From: an uncultured bacterium | GTDB taxonomy: Bacteria; Schekmanbacteria; GWA2-38-11; J061 | Length of the DNA stretch: 41,263 nucleotides | Reading direction: 5' to 3' | Assembly: GCA_964549305.1 (NCBI GenBank) | Contig: CAZJVM010000020.1 | Span: 1-41,263, forward strand | Shown here: positions 38,089 to 41,263 of the stretch, in pieces | Numbering within the stretch: the stretch's first letter is position 1 | Layout of the letters: every line of letters starts with the position of its first letter | Notes under the pieces: generated by a model | Seen by the model: the letters and a program-made list of their open reading frames with translations, nothing else | What the model was told of the DNA's origin: nothing | Databases searched by the model: none | Made by a program: the position numbers and the translations under genes

Positions 38089-39624
38089 TCAACTGTCCTT
38101 GATGCCCCTGTTTTTTTTAATCGCTCTTTCGTAAAGGGACATATTTCCGAGAATTTCGTTTAGCTGAATATCCGTTTTTTTCGGTGACCCGCTCATCAGT
38201 CCCTCTCTGCCTTCAAACTTCGTCATAACTTCCATTCCCTCATCTGAAATCGTATATTCATGAATGCTCCTGTCGTGGGGCGAACCGCCAACCTTTATCA
38301 CGGAAACGGCACGCCTTATCTCACTTTCAAGTTCCACATAGCGAAGGGAAACTATGACGGGAATGAGACCGAGAATTTCCCTGTGCTCGCTTTCCGAATT
38401 TCCAAACATTTCGTTGAGGTCAAGAGTCAGTATGGATGTTATTCCACTGTTTGAAAAAAAATCTCCCAGGAAAAAGAGGAAATTCTTGAAATAGTCCCTG
38501 TCTTTTATGGAATCGCTGAGGTCGTTAAGGGAATCGAGGACTACGCGCCTGATGTTCATTTCAGAGCATATCTTTTTAATGGAATGGGAAAGCTCGTCTG
38601 CGATAAGCTCCATAGGCGAACGGTAAAGTATTTCCAGAATTCCCCTTTTCAGGGCAACGTCAAGATTTATGGAGTAGGAATCCGCGGAATGTATTATCTC
38701 TTCGGGCCTGTTATGTAGGGTTATAAAAAGCCCTTTCTCGGACTTTTTGAATCCTTCGTTGAGAAACTGTATCCCCACTGTTTTTTTACCCGTGCCGCTT
38801 GAGCCCGTTATTACAGAAGTTTTTCCCGCGGGAAGACCTCCTCCGAGCATTTCGTCAAGTCCGCTTATTCCCGTGCCGAGTCTTGCTCTTTGCGTTGAAG
38901 GAATGTCATTGATGTCATAATTCTTGAGATAACAGGAAGGGAAAACACTTATTCCGGAAGTGCCGAAAATAAAAGAATGCTTTCCCGATATGTAATCCTG
39001 CCCCCTTGACTTGATAACTTCTATTAACCTTTCCCTTCTTCTGTTGCTGCTCGATTCAAATGTGAGTTTTATAACTGTGTCCACAAGGTAATCCTCGTCG
39101 CAGAAGAGACTTTCCTTTGAATCGGGTGAAAGTTCCCGCGTAAGAATAATCGATGCTTCTTTCGAAGATATGGAATAAATCAGCTTGTTAATCAATTCGC
39201 GATAGTGTTGCGCGCTCTCGGCAACCCTTCTGAAATGGCTTACGGAGTCGATAAAGATTCTTTTTATATTCATTTCCTGAAAGATGAGATTTATATGGCT
39301 CGATGGATTGGAAAGCATATCGATGAGAGTTTCGGGCGAAGTAGGAATGATTTTGATTCTGTTTTCTTCCTCGAGTTTTTTTAAATTCCATCCATAGTTG
39401 CGCGCGTCGCGGTAAAGCATTGCCGGTTTTTCTTCGAGGGTTATAACAAGCCCGTTTTCATCGAAACGCGTTGCGCCGTTATAAATGAATTGAAGACCGA
39501 AAGTGGTTTTTCCCGACCCCGCGTAACCTTCGAGAAGAATGCAGTTGTCCCTCGGGATTCCTCCCTGAAAAATTTCGTCTAAGCCCGGAATTCCTGAATT
39601 TAAAAGGTCCATAACACTTCTCAC
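38089..39624 (-). CDS. KaiC-like RecA-superfamily ATPase with two tandem domains (start GTG 39624 or ATG 39612)
   Basis: Two (S/T)GI.GLDE..GG.P repeats; GYAGSGKT, TLEE, IFIDS, IKSRG in domain 1; LRYVE...RAVSVIK, G..SGSP in domain 2. Confidence 0.9.
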   Translation of the reverse strand: MRSVMDLLNSGIPGLDEIFQGGIPRDNCILLEGYAGSGKTTFGLQFIYNGATRFDENGLVITLEEKPAMLYRDARNYGWNLKKLEEENRIKIIPTSPETLIDMLSNPSSHINLIFQEMNIKRIFIDSVSHFRRVAESAQHYRELINKLIYSISSKEASIILTRELSPDSKESLFCDEDYLVDTVIKLTFESSSNRRRERLIEVIKSRGQDYISGKHSFIFGTSGISVFPSCYLKNYDINDIPSTQRARLGTGISGLDEMLGGGLPAGKTSVITGSSGTGKKTVGIQFLNEGFKKSEKGLFITLHNRPEEIIHSADSYSINLDVALKRGILEILYRSPMELIADELSHSIKKICSEMNIRRVVLDSLNDLSDSIKDRDYFKNFLFFLGDFFSNSGITSILTLDLNEMFGNSESEHREILGLIPVIVSLRYVELESEIRRAVSVIKVGGSPHDRSIHEYTISDEGMEVMTKFEGREGLMSGSPKKTDIQLNEILGNMSLYERAIKKNRGIKDS

Positions 39625-39640
39625 TATGATATAAAACTAT

Positions 39641-39671
39641 CAGATGATTATCTTATAAACCTGATGATTAT
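39641..39671. repeat. Direct repeat CnGATGATTAT x2 with a 20-nt period upstream of the KaiC-like gene
   Basis: CAGATGATTAT at 39641 and CTGATGATTAT at 39661. Confidence 0.6.
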
Positions 39672-39742
39672 AAAATCAAGGATTAACTTGGAAAGTGTGA
39701 CTCAATAGGAGTGATGAAAAATCGTCGAAACTGTTTCCCGCG

Positions 39743-41176
39743 TCAGCGACTGTTTAATTTTTTTATTACAAGACGGAGAATCTTTTTTGTGCCTTTCGTC
39801 ACCTTGAACTTGTCGCTTATTCGGTATCCCGCAACCCATACGATATCATTGCCGGAAAAAACGAGAGGAATTCTTTTCCTTTCCCGTTGAGGGATTTTAA
39901 GCCCTATGAAGAAATCTTTAATCTTCTTTTTTCCTTTTGCGCCCAGGGGGTAAAAAAAATCTCCTTCCCTTCTTTTCCTGATGAGAAGAGGGAACGACAA
40001 TTTATCGAAATCAAGAAACGCTTCGTTTCTCCCTGTCTTCGGACTGTCAATTTCTTCAGCGTCAAGGATTTCGCAGTCCATAGCGAAACCTGATTCCTGA
40101 GACTCGATTTTTTCGCCGGGATAAAGCGACGCCTCTTTTTCGGCAATCGGTACTTCATCTTCTACGCTTTTTATGAGCACTTCGCCGTAACTGTTGATTA
40201 TTCTTATATGCGACGGAAGGTGAAGTTTCTGTCCGTGACAGGATTCCTTTATAAATCTCAATGACTCATCGATGTGCCGTGTAGTTATCCTTGTCCGGGG
40301 AGTTTTAAAATCTTCGAAAATCGTAGTCATCACTCTTCTTCCAAGGGCGTGGTGTGCGGTTTTGAAAAAAATCCTGTTAATCCGAAAAGCGCCACTGTCG
40401 TCTTTTCTGAAGGCTTTCGGAATATTCTCCCTGCAGAGGATTTGCATATAATCATCATCAACGCTGATATTGTCCATAGTGCGGTTTAGGGCATTTCTGT
40501 ACGCCGGTTTGAATTCTTCGATTACAGGCAGAAGCTTTTTTCTTATGAGGTTTCTTTCATATTGTTCACTGAAGTTTGTCGAATCAAAAACAAATGGAAT
40601 AGCGTTGCTTGTAAGGTATTCAATAATTTCCGCTTTTGAAGTTTCTATAAGCGGTCTTACTATTGCGTAAGTTTCATTTACCGGAGAAATACCTTTCAAT
40701 CCGGACAATGCAGTTCCCCGAAGCATATTCATGAACAATGATTCAATCCTGTCATCGAGAGTGTGCCCTGTGGCGATTATATCAGCACCTGTTTTTTCTT
40801 TGGTCTTTCGCAGAAAGGAAATTCTGGCGAAATGGCACGCCGATTCAAGGGAAGTGCCGTATTTCTCCTTTTCCGCGAAGGCGTCAATCTTTTCCGAGGT
40901 TATTTCGATTCCGAGTTTTTCCGCTGTCACCAGGGCAAACTCCTCGTCTTTGTCGCTTTCTTCTCCCCGTATCGCGTGGTTGAGATGAGCGATGTGAAGG
41001 GTGAGTTCGTATTCTTTCTTAAGGTGATTGTTCAGTAAATACAGGAGGAACACCGAGTCAGGACCTCCCGAAAGGGCAACAACGACCTTGTCACCCTTTT
41101 GAAGCATATTATTTTTTTTTACCGTTTTAGCGCATTTTAAAAGGGGAGAATATCCTTTTTTTCTCTGGTTTCCCAT
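39743..41176 (-). CDS. tilS: tRNA(Ile)-lysidine synthetase
   Basis: PP-loop ALSGGPDS, HLNHAIRG, GHTLDD, RPL, D.TN, RN.IR, C-terminal GKKKIKDFFI...IP...R. Confidence 0.96.
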   Translation of the reverse strand: MGNQRKKGYSPLLKCAKTVKKNNMLQKGDKVVVALSGGPDSVFLLYLLNNHLKKEYELTLHIAHLNHAIRGEESDKDEEFALVTAEKLGIEITSEKIDAFAEKEKYGTSLESACHFARISFLRKTKEKTGADIIATGHTLDDRIESLFMNMLRGTALSGLKGISPVNETYAIVRPLIETSKAEIIEYLTSNAIPFVFDSTNFSEQYERNLIRKKLLPVIEEFKPAYRNALNRTMDNISVDDDYMQILCRENIPKAFRKDDSGAFRINRIFFKTAHHALGRRVMTTIFEDFKTPRTRITTRHIDESLRFIKESCHGQKLHLPSHIRIINSYGEVLIKSVEDEVPIAEKEASLYPGEKIESQESGFAMDCEILDAEEIDSPKTGRNEAFLDFDKLSFPLLIRKRREGDFFYPLGAKGKKKIKDFFIGLKIPQRERKRIPLVFSGNDIVWVAGYRISDKFKVTKGTKKILRLVIKKLNSR

Positions 41177-41208
41177 AGAGGTTTTCAGGGTATGAAAGTG
41201 TATTTATA

Positions 41209-41263
41209 TGGCGGTGCAGGGAGTCGAACCCCGGACACTGCGGATATGAGCCGCATGCTCTAA
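41209..41263 (-). tRNA. tRNA with CAT anticodon, 5' part outside the window; most likely elongator tRNA-Met
   Basis: Minus strand TTAGAGCA-TGCGG-CTCATAT-CCGCA-GTGTC-CGGGG-TTCGACT-CCCTG-CACCGCC-A: anticodon arm, T arm and acceptor 3' strand; CCA not encoded. Confidence 0.93.

Noticed and set aside
38089..39624. Calling the ATPase a true circadian kaiC
   Set aside because: No kaiA/kaiB in the window, and CII lacks the catalytic glutamates, arginine finger and Ser/Thr phosphosites.
36472..41263. tRNA-anchored genomic island carrying the KaiC-like/kinase pair
   Set aside because: No integrase, no duplicated tRNA 3' end noticed, and housekeeping tilS lies between the tRNA and the module.
1..41263. 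CRISPR arrays, IS elements, rRNA, prophage or defence genes
   Set aside because: None seen; intergenic gaps are short (about 240 nt or less) and all long ORFs are otherwise accounted for.

Overview
AT-rich chromosomal window from a diderm (lnt, T2SS), probably anaerobic (MetVF) bacterium; the lineage cannot be assigned from sequence alone. Bases 1-15.2 kb hold the 3' end of tuf and a complete, canonically ordered S10-spc-alpha ribosomal supercluster (rpsJ to rplQ, with secY, adk, map, infA, rpmJ and rpoA). The rest contains ydcF-like and rarA genes, a TIM-barrel metalloenzyme, a TPR lipoprotein, a partial type II secretion cluster (gspEFGHIJK), an orphan REC-HD-GYP phosphodiesterase, metV-metF, a deoxyhypusine-synthase-like gene overlapping a plant-type threonine synthase, hisC, lnt, a DegP/DegQ protease coupled to a very Lys-rich exported protein, folD, a soluble wHTH-PAS histidine kinase next to a two-domain KaiC-like ATPase, tilS, and the 3' part of a CAU-anticodon tRNA. 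No mobile elements, CRISPR arrays or rRNA were seen. The best candidate for an undescribed system is the KaiC-like/kinase pair: the second ATPase domain looks catalytically dead and lacks the phosphorylation sites, the kinase carries a winged-helix input domain, and there is no kaiA, kaiB or adjacent response regulator. Other notable details are a probable AUU start for rarA and an HE-to-MK change in RpoA that looks like a compensating indel pair. All family calls come from motif recognition by eye; no database search was run.
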